Of a stretch of DNA of 45,935 nucleotides, positions 45,282 to 45,935 are shown piece after piece; within the stretch, counting starts at the first letter, position 1; each line of letters begins with the position of its first letter. The notes beneath the pieces were generated by a model that did not search any database, had not been told where the DNA came from, and worked only from the letters and a program-made list of their open reading frames with translations. The position numbers were made by a program, and so were the translations under genes. This DNA is from Bacteroidota bacterium (lineage in GTDB: Bacteria; Bacteroidota; Bacteroidia; Chitinophagales; Saprospiraceae), in NCBI GenBank assembly GCA_038746215.1, contig JBCDKV010000001.1, positions 1 to 45,935 of the forward strand. The letters run 5' to 3'.

Positions 45282-45935
45282 ATGAATCATTATCGCACAC
45301 TAATCGTCGAAGACGAAATCATTATCGCAGACACCATCAAACGCTATTTACAAAAACAAGGACACGAAGTCGTAGGAACGGCTATTTCGTACGAAGAAGC
45401 CACTGAATTGTACCAAAAAGAAAAACCTGATATTGCGCTTTTAGACATACGACTGAGCGGCTCGAAAACGGGTATAGATGTCGCGAATTTCATCCAAGAG
45501 CAGCAGCATACTTCTCCCTTCATCTTCCTTTCCTCACAATTGGATAGTCGCAGCATTGATGATGCCAAAAGAACATTGCCGTCGGGCTATCTGACCAAGC
45601 CTATCCAGAAAACGAGCCTCTACACGACAATGGAAATGGCGATGTACGCCTATGAAGTCAAAAAGCGAAAAGCTACTACCGTCAAATTCAATGACGGTGC
45701 AAGTTGTCATCACGTTGCTATGAATGACATCCTCTATTTAGAAGTGGATCACGTATACGTCAATATTGTATTGCGGAACAATAAAACAATTCTACAACGG
45801 GCTTCTATGAAAGAGATCCTGAGCCAGTTACCTGCCAATAAATTCATCCAAACGCATCGAACCTATGCCGTCAACCTCACACAAGTCACTAATTGGAACA
45901 ACAACGAAGTTTATGTCCAAGATCAGCGCATTCCG
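45282..45935 (+). CDS. LytTR-family response regulator (3' end runs off window)
   Basis: ATG 45282 gives MNHYRTLIVEDEIIIADTIKRYL...PDIALLDIRL...GYLTKP (REC), then LYLEVDHVYVNI...FIQTHRTYAVNL (LytTR). It is open to the window end, so it is absent from the ORF track. Confidence 0.85.
   Translation, partial: MNHYRTLIVEDEIIIADTIKRYLQKQGHEVVGTAISYEEATELYQKEKPDIALLDIRLSGSKTGIDVANFIQEQQHTSPFIFLSSQLDSRSIDDAKRTLPSGYLTKPIQKTSLYTTMEMAMYAYEVKKRKATTVKFNDGASCHHVAMNDILYLEVDHVYVNIVLRNNKTILQRASMKEILSQLPANKFIQTHRTYAVNLTQVTNWNNNEVYVQDQRIP

Overview
A 45.9 kb chromosomal segment, probably from a Bacteroidota genome. The evidence is two cargo proteins with Por/T9SS-type C-terminal sorting domains, a TonB-dependent receptor, DUF3526 permeases, LytTR response regulators and TAnnTTTG-like promoter motifs. 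Housekeeping and envelope genes include two sensor kinase + LytTR regulator pairs, an ABC ATPase + ABC-2 permease/M1 aminopeptidase fusion, an M14/AstE-like peptidase and a siderophore-type TonB receptor + two DUF3526 permeases. They also include a 2349-aa T9SS adhesin-like giant, an FG-GAP/VCBS protein and a C1 peptidase. Small accessory islets interrupt these genes. The most interesting is an AT-rich, tightly coupled three-gene operon at 15848-18644: C5-cytosine methyltransferase, DUF262 (GmrSD-type N-domain, no DUF1524) and an Rx4H HEPN protein. I read it as a candidate uncharacterised methylation-linked defence system. It is followed by a DUF2281-like/PIN toxin-antitoxin pair. A second islet (about 22285-26058) carries AbiEii/AbiEi, a Uma2 endonuclease and an XRE regulator with a toxin stub. 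It is bracketed by an ~83-bp direct duplication of the 3' end of the DUF3526 gene. A third mini-cassette (DUF433 + an 11-codon DUF5615 stub) sits between two copies of an AraC gene 3' end. The window is also rich in non-coding palindromic repeats. These are a ~280-bp MITE-like family with compensatory changes in a 30-bp central hairpin, two smaller families, a run of five unrelated hairpins, and arrays of a CACATAG heptamer splitting an ABC operon. I saw no rRNA, tRNA, CRISPR array, integrase or transposase gene. All homology calls come from motif recognition by eye, not from searches.
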